The translations under genes were made by a program, and so were the position numbers. The notes beneath the pieces were generated by a model. It saw only the letters and a list, made by a program, of their open reading frames with translations. It did not search any database and was not told the origin of the DNA. A stretch of 64,000 bases of DNA from Vitrella brassicaformis CCMP3155 (taxonomy: Eukaryota; Protista; Chromerida): the NCBI GenBank assembly GCA_001179505.1, contig CDMY01000405.1:1-64000 (forward strand), written 5' to 3'. This document shows, piece by piece, positions 11,515 through 24,762 of this stretch; positions within the stretch are counted from its first letter, which is position 1; the number at the start of each line of letters is the position of its first letter.

Positions 11515-14500
11515 TCACTCATCCACGCAATCACGTACACTCTCATTCGCCGTCATCTCTGTCTGGTGGTCCTCCTCTGCATGACGACACGCCTCAGCTG
11601 CAGCGGGGCCACCAGACGGTACTGAACACAACAGACAGACAGACACCACACACCAGACAGAGAGAGACAGAGAGACACCCAGATCACATGCCTGTGTGTG
11701 CGGTTTGGGTATGTATCCGCCTCCCCTACCGTGTGTGGCGACGCCACGACCTTTTCGACGTTCAGATAGCGCATACACAGATCCATCCTGATTGATTGAA
11801 GATGCACACACACCGCACACACACATGGTCATCAGCTCGTCCGCCTCCCTCCCTCTCTCCCTCCCTGTCTCCCTGCCTGTCTGCCTGCCGGTTTATGCCG
11901 ACTGACCCGTGCGTCTTGCGCTTCCACTGCTGCACCAGCAGCGGCTGGAAGTTGCACTTCCACGACCCGTCCAGGCTGCCGGCCAGATACACACTCAACA
12001 CCAAGATGTGCATGCCCAACCTGCACACACACACACACACACAGGGCGTGAGATCTCCAGGACACACAGGTGGTGGTGGGTGGTGGCTGGTGCTCACTTG
12101 AACTGGAAGAGCTTTGTGAGTCGGTGCAGCGGTTTCGCTCCGGCCTTGCGCGCGCTGAATACGCAGAAGTTCTTGAGGATGCCGCGGCTGCACAGCTCGG
12201 GAGGGGAAGGCCGACCCTGTGCCGTCATGTGCTGGGCAAACTGACCATCGATGGATACGCAAACAAACACAACACAACACACATGAAGTGGGTGGGGTGT
12301 TTACTGTGTTGTGTGCAACTCCCTCACCTCCCTCTCGCCCCCAAAGCGGTCCTTCTGGCCGCTGTGGAGCTCCGCCATCCACACCAGCAGCTGCACGGAC
12401 AGATGGATGTCACACACAATCACACACGCATGGAAATGTGACTGACCCACACGCACACAGACAACGCACGGCTCTCTGCTACCCTGACTGACTGACCTTG
12501 ATGAGTTTGGCCATCTTGTCGATGTCCTCAGCCGTGTGTTTGTCGGGGTCACGGGCAGACCGAATGGCATTGGCCAGCGACATAGCGAAGGGGCCCCACG
12601 ACTCTGCAGCACTAGCTGCTGCGCTCGCCTTGGTGCTCTCTGGAGGACAGCAACCATACCGTCCACACCACACAGGCATTTGGTCCGTGGCCTTGATTGC
12701 TCTCTCTCTCTCTATCTATCTTCCTTTCTCTCTCTCACTGGATGGCTTAGGCGGTCCTCTGAGGATCCACTGGTTGATGGGCGCAGGGTCGAGCACAGCC
12801 AGCCCATACTCAGTGCCACCCACGTCAAACGCTGAGGGGAGAGGGAGAGACGCACGCAGGCAGACAGACAGGGAGGGAAATGCCCACTCACTCATGGTGG
12901 TTGTCCTGCCGTCTGTGCGCGCGTACTCCTGTCGATGTCGAATATCGCGTCGGGCGTCTCGGCCTCGAGGCCCGCAGCGAGCATGGGAAGCACGAACTGC
13001 ATCTCGGCTCTCTGCACACACAACACACACACACACGCAGACACACACACATCCATCCATCCATCCACCCACCCATTTCACAAGCACCGAGTAGCATTAC
13101 GTCGCCTCGCCCACCTACCTCCTGTTCGACCCGTCTCTGCTCGGCGATGGAGTCGTCTTGTGGCGTGAACGAGATGAAGTCGTCGGTCCTCGGGGCCTTC
13201 TTGCCTTTGTTAGGGTCGAAGCGGCGGTCGATCGGCTTCTTGTTGTCGCGACCTGTCGCCACGCGAGCCTCTTTCTGAAGCACACATACGACAGACAGAC
13301 AGACACATGTGGTGAGCGACGGACGGGGTGTTTTGTTTGGGGGGGGGGGNNNNNNNNNNNNNNNNNNNNNNNNNNNNNNNNNNNNNNNNNNNNNNNNNNN
13401 NNNNNNNNNNNNNNNNNNNNNNNNNNNNNNNNNNNNNNNNNNNNNNNNNNNNNNNNNNNNNNNNNNNNNNNNNNNNNNNNNNNNNNNNNNNNNNNNNNNN
13501 NNNNNNNNNNNNNNNNNNNNNNNNNNNNNNNNNNNNNNNNNNNNNNNNNNNNNNNNNNNNNNNNNNNNNNNNNNNNNNNNNNNNNNNNNNNNNNNNNNNN
13601 NNNNNNNNNNNNNNNNNNNNNNNNNNNNNNNNNNNNNNNNNNNNNNNNNGGGTGGTCTTACGCTGAGCTGTTTGGCGAGTCGCCTCCGCTCGAACTTGCG
13701 GTGCAGCACCACGTCATCAAACACCTTGAACGCCCTGATACCATAGCAGCACACACCGCACCGCACCGCAGCAAGGACAGCCAGACCATCACCATCACCA
13801 TATACCACCATGAACACACTCGTCTGTCTCTCCCTCGCTGGTCCGACCTCCTCTCTGTGTCGTTGGCTCTGTCCTGGTAGACGCCGAGCTCGAGGATGTC
13901 CGGGATGACGTTGTCTGAGGGGTCCTTCTGGTCCAGGTGGTCGCGGTAGAGTGCGGCGAGGAAGGGCCGCCTCTTCTGCAGATAGCGGTACTGGCCGTAG
14001 GGGTGGGTGATGGGGGTGCGGCCGGTCTCGGACATCCACTTGAGGAGCTTCTTCTTCTTGTTGTAGGCCATCTTGGCGCCGCTCTGCTTGTCGTACTCGT
14101 ACGTCCACTCGTAGTTGCGCTTCAACAGATCCTCGCCGATGCGCTTCTCCAAACCGGCCGTCGCATACTGCGGGGGAGAGAGAGAGAGAGATGCCCACAA
14201 GCAAAGACAGACAGACAGACAGACATGGGTGTGAGGACGGTTGGGTGCGTGGGTGCGTGTCCGCGCCTGCCTGGTGTCTGAGTAGCTTGAGCGGGCTGTG
14301 GTGTATCTCGATGTTCTGCCACTCCACCGGCACGACGACGTACTCCTGCCGCCCCTCCCCACCATCAACCTCTTTCGGGGGCAGACGAATCATCGCATAA
14401 CGATCCCTGCACACACAAACGCACATAAAACAGAGCACCCGTGCGCCTGCCTTTGGTACCCGTTATCCCGCCTGCTCGTCTGTCTCCCCGGCTGACCATT

Positions 14501-17500
14501 TGAAAGCCTCTCTGTCTCCGAATGGCCCCCTGTAGCCCTCCTCCTGCGGCGCGTGTGTGAAGTGGGGCTCTGGGTGGTCGACGGAGGGGTGCGGCTTGCA
14601 GTGGAACTTGTTGCTCACCCCCGCACTCTCCATAGCGTCGGGGTGTCGCCGTTTGAGCGCCTCCACGGCGCTGTCCGACGGCTCGAAGCACAGCTCCGCC
14701 CCCAGCTCGGGATGTGGCTCGCTGGTGAGGGTGAAGTCCTGGCCCATGCTCTCCAGACGCCGCGTGGCCTTGCCGAGGAAGCCCCGCATCTCGGGGTCCT
14801 TCATGAGGGTGTCCTTGAGCAGCGGGTCACCCAGCAGCATCGGGTGGTCCCTCTTGCTGCCCTGACCCACCCCACCACCAGCCGCACGACGCTGAATCAT
14901 CCCGTTCTCACCGAACAGGTCGAACTTGCCCCAGCCGTCGGGGTCGGGCTTGTGCGGCGCCGGGGGCGCTGCCGGACTGAAGGCGTCGCCCACATCCTCG
15001 AGCGCAAAACCCCCCTCTCGTGGCCGCTTGGGGGCTAGCGGCCGACGTCGCACCAAACGAGCGAAGCGACCGGCTTGGCTGCCGCGCATCACTTGGCGGA
15101 GGCCTTTGCCTTTGGCCTGCGCTCGCAGCTTCGGCTTGGCTGCCGTCTTGCTCTTGGGTGTCGGCTTGCTCTTGGCTTTGGCCTTCTTGGATGGGCGGCG
15201 GGCGTCCCCCTGGTGCTCCTCCTGGTCGAGGTCCATAGGTGCGGCGGCCGTCGAGGCTCTCTTCGCTCGCTTCCTCTGTCTTCTGTCCTCCTCATCGGAT
15301 GGCCAGGAAGCCAGGGTGAGGGCGTCGTCGTCTCTGGCGGCCGTGCGCTTGGCCGGCGTGACGCGATTGAGCGCCCGGTCAAGAGAGATGTTGGGGCGGG
15401 CCGTCGTCTGTCTGTTGGCCTCCCAGTCGTGTGACTTGTGCAGTCGGTTGGCCCACTGCTTCCGGCGCTCCTCCTCCTGCTTCTTGCACTTGCCGAAGGT
15501 GGTCAGCCCCTCGCCCAGGTCGGCCTGCCGCTTGGCCAGCTCCGGCTTGACGTTGCCCATGGGTTTGCCGATGCCCTCGGTGGTGGGCATGGCGGCAATG
15601 GCTTCGGCCAGGGCGGTCTGCTCTGCGATCTTGAGGTACTCGTTGTGGGAGTCTTCGAGGAGCTTGACGTGGCCGTCGGGCGGCAGGGTGGCCCCTGGCA
15701 CGCGGACCTCCCAGGCCTCGCCCCACCGCCACTGGGAACAGGTGGGAGCTGTGCCCTCCAGGCCATAGAGCTTCATCTCCTCCAGCAGCTGCGGGTACAG
15801 TCGGCCACCAAACCGACCTGTGGTGAGAGAAACGACACACAGGAGGGTTGCGGTGCGGTGGAGGGTGTGGTATTTGTGTCCGTGTGTGTGCATGTTTTCT
15901 CACCGATGTAGGCTGTGTTGTTGGAGTGCCGCATGATGGGTTTGGGCTTGGTCCCCGCCTCCCCCTCTGACCCCTTGTGGGCCTTGTCATCCTTGAGCAG
16001 CAGGGGGCAGCCGCCCACGCCGCTCACGAGGTCGGCCATCCAGTTCTTGCGCATTTCGATAGGCTGCAGCTGCTGGCTGGCGTACTCGCGGAAGGCGAGC
16101 ATCTCGATCTCGTTGGTGCGCTTGTTGGTGTGGTCGTACAGGAAGGTCGTCATCATGTGCTCGTCCGTCGGGTCGCTCACCAGGCCGCCGTCGCGGTCGA
16201 AGAAGCCATCTGTACGCGACTTGTGGTACCGAGGATTGATGCTCGCATCCCTGTAGTACACACACACACACAAAGACAGAGAGAGAAAGAGACGGTGTAT
16301 GTGGCCACTGATGCACGGATGGATGGATGGCTATGAGTCCACCAATGTTTCCCTCCCTGACCTCCAGAGCTGGAACCAGGGCACCTTTCTCCTGAACTCG
16401 TGTTTGTCCCCTCCGAATCTGGCGTTGTCGACGTCCTTCCACATGTAGGTCCAGTAGCGCTGCGAGTCGGCCGGCACGTGGTCCCACACTGACGGCAGCT
16501 GGCACAGCGGGGCAGCCTGCCGACGCCGCCGGAACTTGGGCTCATCCTCATACCCCTCCTCCCCAGGCCTTCGGAACCCCTCCCCCGGCACGCCAGCTCC
16601 CATCTGCCCTCGGTGAGGGAAGAAGTGGTCACGCCAAAGGTCCCTCGCGCGACTCGCCACCTCCTTCTTGCCGTTGCGGGAACGGACCGTCGGGGGCACG
16701 TCGGCAGCGGGGTTAGTGGGGCGGTATGCGGGGGCATTGTGCTTGAAGCCGAGACCCGATGCCATCGGGTGGAGTGAGGGGTAGACGTCCCAGACGGGCT
16801 GTGCGGGGTGGCGAGTGCGGTCGTCGCCCACCCGCGGCTCGACGTCCTCGTCCACCTCGAGGCCGTCCTTGACGATGTCCACAGTGTCTGTGTCCCTCTT
16901 GAGCCCCTTCCAGTCTGGGAGAGCGTGCTTCATGCCGCTGAGGTCCTCCTCCAGCAGCTGCAGCAGGGCCGTGGGGGGCTTGCGGCGCTCCTCATCCTCG
17001 TCGAAGTCCTTGTCCTCCCACGGCCACCCGTACTTGGGGTTCAGGAAGCCCCGGCCGTGCTCCTCCAGCAGATCCAGATTGACCCCTGGGTCGTCCTTGT
17101 CGGGGCCCAGGGGCGGCACCACCTTGACCTTAGACGGGTCGATGAACGGCTCCTTGTCGCGAGCGCGACGCTCCTTGGCCGTGGGCGGCTGGCTGATGGG
17201 GCGATGCGTCCGCTCCGGCTTGTCGAAGGGGTTAGGTGCCTGAGCGTTCTTGTGGTGGCCGTCGTAGTGCTTCAGGATGCCGCGGAGCTCGTGAGGCAGC
17301 GGGGTCTTGCGGACGGGGTAGGTCATCCTGCCGTACACATTGTAGCCGTTCTCATAGTCGTCGTAGTTGACGCGCTCCTTCCTGCTCAGGAAGGGCCCCT
17401 CGTAGCAGTGCGGCATCTCGAAGAACCGACGCTCGATGGTGTCCACACACGCGCCGCCGTCGGCGTCGACGGCGTCTTGGAAGGGAAACTCGATGTAGGC

Positions 17501-17722
17501 CTTTGGCCTGTCGTCATAGAGGTACATGCTGCCATCTTGCTCATGGAAGTAGCGGGCCCTGTGGCCGATGGGGAAGATGGGCATGTCCTTGCGGCGGTGG
17601 GCGGCGCCCTGTCGCGTGAAGAGCTGCCTGGTTGTGACCTCATTGGCGTCAGGTGGGTAGTGGGCCTGAACAGGGGTCCTCTCCTCCGCCCTCGGCGGCA
17701 CGTATTCATCTTTTTTCGCCAT
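11515..17722 (-). CDS. Large multi-exon hypothetical protein (probably >1400 aa; could be more than one gene), interrupted by an assembly gap
   Basis: ATG at 17722 (MAKKDEYV..). Long GC3-rich open exons 16331-17722, 15900-16250, 14490-15800, 13860-14170, plus smaller exons to ~11.5 kb bounded by GT-AG microsatellite introns. No domain recognised. Confidence 0.7.
13350..13649. other. Assembly gap (300 N); identical-size gaps at 25075-25374, 27317-27616, 35239-35538, 40030-40329
   Basis: N runs of fixed length, mostly flanked by poly-G, so the true gap size is unknown. Confidence 0.99.
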
Positions 17723-18009
17723 CCTCGACCCGCAATCAGGCTATCTGGGCCTCCTCAATGAGACAAAGTGGCAGATCTTCCTGCGCCAAGGCTGCGAGCT
17801 TAGCTCGCGGCCGATCTGAACCGCGAGATTCGAAGGAAGTGACCGCGGCAGCAGGACAACATCACGATTCTCCCAGGCAGGCCACCCCTTTTGCAATGCC
17901 AATTAAGACCACTGCCATCTTCATGGGGCTCGGTCAAGTCGGGCTCGGAGGTTGTGGCCGAAGGCAGGGACGGAGATAAGGTGACCAAGGGCGCTGCAGC
18001 AGTGGCAGG

Positions 18010-20244
18010 ATGGCGACGCTGGCGTTCCGGATGGCGTGTCCCTGCCTGGCGGCGGTGGGCGATGCAGTGGGCAGTGTGGGGTGCCTCATCGCCGCTGCAG
18101 CTGTGTTCGCCCTCCTCTGGACACTCATTGCCAACATGCCGCACCCGTCGGAGTGCAGATGCATCGGTCGGCCGGCGAGGACAGTCAGTAGTGAGACAAT
18201 CGATGAGACGGCTGACCTGATGGCAGGGCGGGACGGTGTGTGTGTGTTGTTGGCAGGCGATTTGTACATCAAGGCTGGGTGGCACAAGCACTACCCCTTC
18301 AACATGGTGGTGGAGGTGCACCATGGCGAGCAGTACCCCACCAAGGGGTCGCACTTCCTTCTCTTCAGATGTGGCAGAAACAGCGAGAGGACCACGGGTG
18401 CGGAAGGACTTCTGTGCGCGTGTGTGAGAGTATTTTGATGTGCACAGGAGGCTGCTGCTTGCGTGTGTGTTTCTTCTTCTGCTGCAGCTGACCCCAAGTG
18501 CCAGTGGCATCAGCGGCTCAAGTTCCACGTCAGACAGTGCGATAAGAAGTTGAAGATATTCTTCATGACTGCCGTGCGTCGCACACCCACATACCCACAC
18601 CAGCCGTGGATTTGATGACCGCGTGCACCCATGTCTCTCTCTTTCTGTTGTGTTTCCTTCCTTAGGGCACGATCAAGAACACGGAGGTGCCCAGCCTCGA
18701 GCTCGACATCGACGATGACCTCTGCGAACAAAACTTCCCCAAACAAAGAGCGTACGAGGGGAGCAAGAAGGACAGACAGCACACACAGGCCAAGGCACAG
18801 CCCCTTGGTGCTCTGAATGTGCGTGTCGCTTAGATACCAGTTCAAGGGCAAGGACAACCGGAATGCCGGCAAGGCCAAACTCAGCTTCATCAAAAGTACA
18901 CACACGGAGGGAGGAATACACCGAATGACTGACGTATGTCTCGCTGGTGCAGTTGAGGGCGAGATTCCCTCCGAGGCGACACCGCTGATGCAACAGGCCA
19001 TGCTCAGGGCACAGATTGACGGTCGGTACCTGCCTCACACACACACACACACACACGCACCCACAGACACAGGTGCACACCACACCCACAAGCGCAGACA
19101 GACGTCCTGGTGCCTCTGCTCTGCTCTGCCCTGCCTCAGCTGGCGAGTCCGATGAACCCCTCAATCTGGTGAGCACAGCAGCCAGACAGCGACAGACAGC
19201 GACAGACACACCGACAGACACATATGCGATGCATCAATCCATCCATCCATCAGGATTTGGAGAAGATGACCGAGACGGACAAGCTGCGGCTGTGCGCCAG
19301 GTGCATCACCGGACCCCTCGAGAAAATGGCCGCATTCGGATGTAATGTAATATATGCGGTGTAATCACCAGCCAGCCACACGCCCTCACGGCAGCAAGGT
19401 GGCTGTCTGTCTGTGTGCGTGTGTCTCTTCCCGTCTGCCCCTGTCCTGCTTGTCAGCATGGCGGCCCGTATTCGTCAAAGCCCAGGAGGCCAAAGCGGGT
19501 ACGTCAGTCAGTCGGCACCCACAGACAGAAATTTTCCGTGTGTGCAAGTTAAGTGCGTCTGTTGTGTTGTGTTGTGTGCCCGTCCCGTATGGGGACAGCC
19601 AAGTGGGAGTTGGCGTATTGGGACAGCCAAGAGAGCTGCCGGCAGGGCCAGGAGAAGCTGGGGTCCATCCCATTCATTGCCGTCAGCAAGGTGGTCGTCG
19701 ACCCATCAGACAGACACTCATTCTTCATTCAATACCACGAAAAAAGCGGTGAGTGCGGTGCGCCGATGGCATGGCACGCTGCATCGTCTCAACGAGACAC
19801 AGAGCAGAGCGGCCATGCCATGCCCCACCACGAGTGTGTGTGTCTGTCTGTCTGTCTGCAGGCAACCAGGTAGTGGTCCGTGATTGGTGTCTGAAGCGAG
19901 TCGACAGAGACAGGGACCTCTGGGTCGACGGACTCTATGAGTTCATAGACACCGTAAGTTAGTTGAATAACCACACCAGACAGACAGACAGACACACGCA
20001 GACTGACTGAACTGACTGACAACCGCCGACATGACAGCATTTCATTCATTTATGTGTCAATCAGTACCGCAATGTTCGCGACAAGCTCAAGGAAGAGAAG
20101 AAGGAGGAGAAGGCGCAGAAGAAGCTGCAGAAGAAGGCCAAGAAAAAGAAAAAGGGCTCTGCTGCCGCCGCCGCGGCGAGTGCCGCAGATGAGTCTGCCC
20201 CTGGGGAGACGGAGGGGCCTGCTACAGAGGGATTGCTGGATTGA
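18010..20244 (+). CDS. C2 + PH domain protein, CERLI/RASP (rhoptry apical surface protein)-like, ~12 small exons
   Basis: MATLAFRMACPCL.. hydrophobic helix, then PHPSEC motif; C2-like strands (MVVEVHHG, CQWHQRLKFHVRQCDKKLKIFF, YQFKGK..AGKAKLSF); PH-like region (GPLEKM.., WELAYWDSQE..KLGSIPFIAVSKV..FFIQY, LKRVDRDRDLWVDGLYEFI); Lys-rich tail. Confidence 0.7.
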
Positions 20245-20667
20245 TTATTGACATGGGTGGGCATATGGATGGAGAGATAAGGCATTAGAGATGTGTGTGT
20301 ATATCGACACGAGTGTGTGCGTGGGGCGATTGGTGAGTGTATAGGGCAATACGTCAGGTAGGTATTTGTTGGTTCGTGATATGGCTTCAGTCGCAACTGA
20401 TGGATGGATGAGTTATGTTGGCTAGAGACTCCTCTATGTTATGTACACACACACTGTCTTGTCTTCATGCCATCCCATGCATGCTCACGAGAAAACGAGA
20501 AACCTTCGCCTCATATATGCCATCCATGCCAAGCAGACCCACCTGTTCTTCAACCGCCCGTGCTATCCTTGTGAGTCAATGCAGTCAATGAATGCATTGA
20601 GTCGAAAATCCTACTCTACTACCAGGGACAGCTTCGCTTGCCCCGCTACCACCCACAGCACCACTGC

Positions 20668-21777
20668 TCACGCTGACTTGGCGGCCGACGCCAAACTTTC
20701 CCCCTCGTGTCGCGTCGCCGACTCGCCCTCCCTCTTGTCCCCTTCCGCGTGGTGGCTGCTGCTGTCTGTGTGGTGGAATGCTGCCTCTTGGGCCGCCCTC
20801 AGCGGCTGCACCTCCTCGTGGTGCTCGTCGTGCGAAGCCGACGCACCGCTGCTCGCCGATGACGAGCTGGACGACGATGCCGTCGATGAGCCGAATGGTG
20901 TCTGGAAGAGGGACCCCCCGATGCCCATCGAAGGGATGGCCGAGGCCAGCGAGCTGACGGCCGTGAAGGCCGTCGAGCCGTAGTTGCGGGCCGTTTTCAT
21001 CTCCTCGAACCGCCGGGCCACGAAGTGCTGCGTGTCGGTCAGGTCGGCCGACTTGTCGGTGAGGGCGAACGACTCGGCTGCCGTGTAGAGGGACAGTAGC
21101 AGCGACCGACGGGCGTAGAAATGGGGGCTGGTAGGGGCCTCACGGTCGCCCGCCAGGTAGCATATCTCTGACACGAGCCTCCACAGCTTGGCCGTGGTCT
21201 CGGGCAGCTGCACGGGGGTGGCCCCGAGGGCCATGCCGGCCGCCCAGTGCTTGATGACGGGCGCGAGGTACGAGATGCGTCGCTGCATGAGGACGCCGAT
21301 GCGGTCCTCGACGTCTAGGCCGTCCAGGTTCAGGTGTGGCGCATCGTCGTGCAGCTGGTCCAGCTTGACGTCCATGAAGTGGTAGACCAAATCCATCGGC
21401 GTGAAGACGCTCCCCGCGGCAGGTGACAGGCCCAGCTCCACGGCAGCGGCGCTGAGGGCCTCTGTGGTCCAGCCGTGAGCGGGCACCTTGTCAAGGGCCA
21501 GGTGCAGGATCTCTTTCGGGTTGATGCCGCTGCTCGGGGCCTCATCACTGTGCGCTTCGCTGTGGTGCTCGTGCTCTTGGTGCGGGTGGGAGTGGGTGTC
21601 GTGGCTGGAGTGTGGAGGGGGCGGAGGGCTGGATGCTGTGCGCTCATACGCTTGTGTCGAGAAGCATGCTGCTGCTGGAGCGACGGGGCGAGAGAGATGC
21701 CGCGGCAGTCGGTAAGAATTGAACACCATCATTCGCCTCCCAAGCACAACACGACCTCTTGAGCGTAGCCGCAGCAT
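20668..21777 (-). CDS. COQ9: Ubiquinone biosynthesis protein COQ9, intronless, with mitochondrial-type presequence
   Basis: MLRLRSRGR.. Arg-rich N-terminus; ILHLALDKVPAHGWTTEAL, LVYHFM, RISYLAPVIKHWAAGMAL, LWRLVSEICYLAGD, FYARRSLLLSLYTAAE, DKSADLTDTQHFVARR. Confidence 0.9.
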   Translation of the reverse strand: MLRLRSRGRVVLGRRMMVFNSYRLPRHLSRPVAPAAACFSTQAYERTASSPPPPPHSSHDTHSHPHQEHEHHSEAHSDEAPSSGINPKEILHLALDKVPAHGWTTEALSAAAVELGLSPAAGSVFTPMDLVYHFMDVKLDQLHDDAPHLNLDGLDVEDRIGVLMQRRISYLAPVIKHWAAGMALGATPVQLPETTAKLWRLVSEICYLAGDREAPTSPHFYARRSLLLSLYTAAESFALTDKSADLTDTQHFVARRFEEMKTARNYGSTAFTAVSSLASAIPSMGIGGSLFQTPFGSSTASSSSSSSASSGASASHDEHHEEVQPLRAAQEAAFHHTDSSSHHAEGDKREGESATRHEGESLASAAKSA

Positions 21778-21928
21778 CTTGACCTTCTTGCTTTGCCTTC
21801 TACTCCCGCATGAAGCAGTCGAGCTCGCACTCGACAAGATGGCATTGAAGGGAAGCGGCCATCCAGATGTCTGATGCGTGAGCTGTGTCGTGCTGCCTGT
21901 TGCTGAAGACAGCATCGAAGACTTCACC

Positions 21929-24762
21929 ATGAGGCAAGCATCGCAGGTCAAGGGCACCACCGACCGCCCCTCCCTCCGCAGCCCCATCCGCAGCCCTCGC
22001 GAGCAGTTCCCCGAGGCCGTGCATGTCCCCCGCAAACCTGACACCGACGCCCAGTCGTCGCACTCGAGCAGCGCGGCCTCCCCGCAGACCCTCACTGGCA
22101 GCTCGGTGCGACTCATGGAGAAGATCCGCCACCTCACCAAGGAGAATGAGGAGCTCTTCTCGCGGGTCGAGGAGCTCAGCCGCGAGAAGGAGAGCCTGCA
22201 GTCGGAGGTCGTGCAGACCAAGGACCTGCTGGATGTCAAGGGCCTGGTGACCAGCCAGAAAGACATCGAGATAGAGTCCCTCCAGGAGCAGCTCAAGCTG
22301 GCGCAGCAGATGGTCGACGAGCTGTCCAAGCGGGGCGGCGGGGGGCTGTCGTCGATCTTCGGAGCGGGTGGCGGGAAGCCTCAGGAGAAGGTGGACACGG
22401 CCCAGCTGATAGTGGAGGTCAAACAGAAGGAGCAGTACATCAAGAACGTCATGGCGACACTCGAGATGAAGGACAAGATGGTGCAGGACCTGCGCCACAA
22501 GCTTGACCGGCTGGTCGAGGACAGCGACCGGGAGGGCAGCATGCTTAGGCGGGATCTGAAGGACAAGGAGAGGGAGATACGGCGGCTCGAGAACCACTCC
22601 AGCGACACCTGTGCCGAGAACGCCACACTCATCAAGGAGAAGAACCGACTGGGCAACCGACTCGACGAGGTGACCGAGGAGAACGAGCGCCTCCAGGACG
22701 AGATCAAGACTTGCCGCGAGCACCTGTCGGCGAGCGACGCTCGGGTGATCGAGCTGGAGTCGGCCCTGGCGAGCAAGCAGTCCGACAACATCCGGCTGGC
22801 GGAGAAGCTGCTGGAGCTGCAGAAGACCTGTGACTACTACGAGACGACTGTGCGGGTGTTCGCGTGCACTCAGATCCTGGGGTACGGCAACATCCCGGTG
22901 ACGCTGATGGTGCAGCACAGCGTCCAGACCGGCAGCATCTCCCTCACCATCAGCCGATGGGGCTTCACCCAGATCGTGGACTTCAGCCAGGTCACCACGG
23001 TGTCGCAGCTGAGCGCCACGGCCAAGCGGCTGCGCGTGCAGACCAAGCCGCTCGGCACTCTCACGTTCGAAATGAAGGACCCAAAGGAGGTGAGTGAGAA
23101 TGTAATGTATCGGACACACACCTGCAGGCAGGACGGCAACACAACACAACACAACACGGGCACACTGCATCTGTTTCAGGCCGGTGAGTGCGTGTCGGCC
23201 CTTCGCAAGTTCATGAGTAAGCAGAAGACGCCAAGCCATGACGACACACACGCACACACACACGTGAATGCGCATGGCCTGTCTCTTGATCTATCTCGTT
23301 TTGTTACTTAGAGTTGGCGGCGGATCAGATCGAGGACCGTGAGCGGCTGCAGGCGCAGCACTGCATCGACGAGCTCGACACCTTCTTCGGCGTCTTCAAG
23401 GACGACGACGCCACACCAGAGCACAAGAAGAACAAGAAGGACAAAGACAAGGGCATCGGGTCGTACGCTGAGGCGCTGTCGGTACGTAAGTAAGGGCTCT
23501 CTGTCTGAGATCAGATCAAATCATGCCAGATCATTGTGTGAAACCGGCGTGTTGTGTTGTGTTACCTCGCCAGGTGCTCGCTCAGGGTACTCCCTCAGCG
23601 AGCTCCTCGAGTGCGGCGGCTTCTGCCTCGGCGTCAGCATCTGCATCAGCTGCCGCCCCTCCAGAGAGCGTACGCCAACCACCGACAGACACATAGAAAG
23701 ACCCACACCCAGACTTGCACTTATCAGTCATGTGTGTCGTCCTGTCTCCGATTCCCCGTCGTGCAGGCGAGCAGGTTTGACTCCCGGTCTGAGTCGGCGG
23801 GTTCGCACCGTCTGGGCCAGTCCATCATGGGCGACTTCTGGCACGCATTCCGGCAGCTCGCATCGGGCAGCATCAGCGGCGCAGAACGGCACACACAACC
23901 CGAGCCGGCAGAGGCCGCCGCTCACGTCCCATCGCCGACGGCGACCGATGAGACGGTCCCCGACCAGCCGGCAGGGAGGGCGAGACGTGAGGATCGCAGG
24001 GGTGGTGGTGGTGATGGTGATGATGGTTGTCCGCCGCACCCGGTGGACATCATGCAGCACGCCGGCAAGGGCACAGGCACTTCGCCGCGCAGCGATGTGT
24101 CGCACACCGACTCGGAGACGTCAGAAGTCGACATCAACGTTAGCGACCCCCCTCGCGCCGCCCCGTCACCCAAGCCACTGTCACCTGCAGACGAGGAGCC
24201 AACTCGTCGTGTCACTCGAGCGGGCCTCCCCGCTCTCCGTGGCTCGCGCAAGGCCGCCGCGGCAGGTGGGTGGGGTGACGGCGAGCAGCATCTGCAGGAC
24301 GGCGCGAGTTCACCGACCAGCTCTGCCTCCCCAGTGCACCGCAACCTGCCCACGAGGGCATCTCGCTTCATGCATCAGCAAGAGAGGGGTGCGCCAACAT
24401 CGACAACGCAGGAGGGCTCCTCCCCCAGTGTCCGCAGTTTGACGAGCAGCACGGTGGGGGATGGGGCCACGGTCACGGTCACGGCCAGGGCGGCCGGCAG
24501 CGCACTGCTGCCGCCCCTTAAGAGCGTGCCCTTGCCCGAGACGGAGATAGAGGTGGATGTGGGCAGTGACGAGGAGGGTGAGGGTGAGGCTGAGGGTGAG
24601 GGCGAGGAAGGGGGGCAGGAGGATAGGCAGGAGCATGAGACGGGTGTCGCTGCCAACACTCTCAGGGAGAGTCAGAGGGAGGAGGAGGGGGATATGACCG
24701 TGATAGCATGTGGGGCCGGGGAGGGGGAGGGGGAGAGGCAGGCAGCCGGCGAGGAGGGATGA
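21929..24762 (+). CDS. Long coiled-coil protein with a possible PH-like beta domain and a Ser/Glu-rich disordered C-terminus
   Basis: ATG at 21929; ~250 aa heptad-rich region (IRHLTKENEELFSRVEELSREKESLQSEV..), then beta-rich YYETTVRVFAC..FTQIVDFSQV..TLTFEMKD; final exon open to 24762. Confidence 0.75.

Noticed and set aside
7549-14760. Shared peptide ES(L/M)GQDFT in the metacaspase (~7555) and the large orphan (~14740)
   Set aside because: The match is only 8 residues with no flanking similarity, so it is most likely chance.
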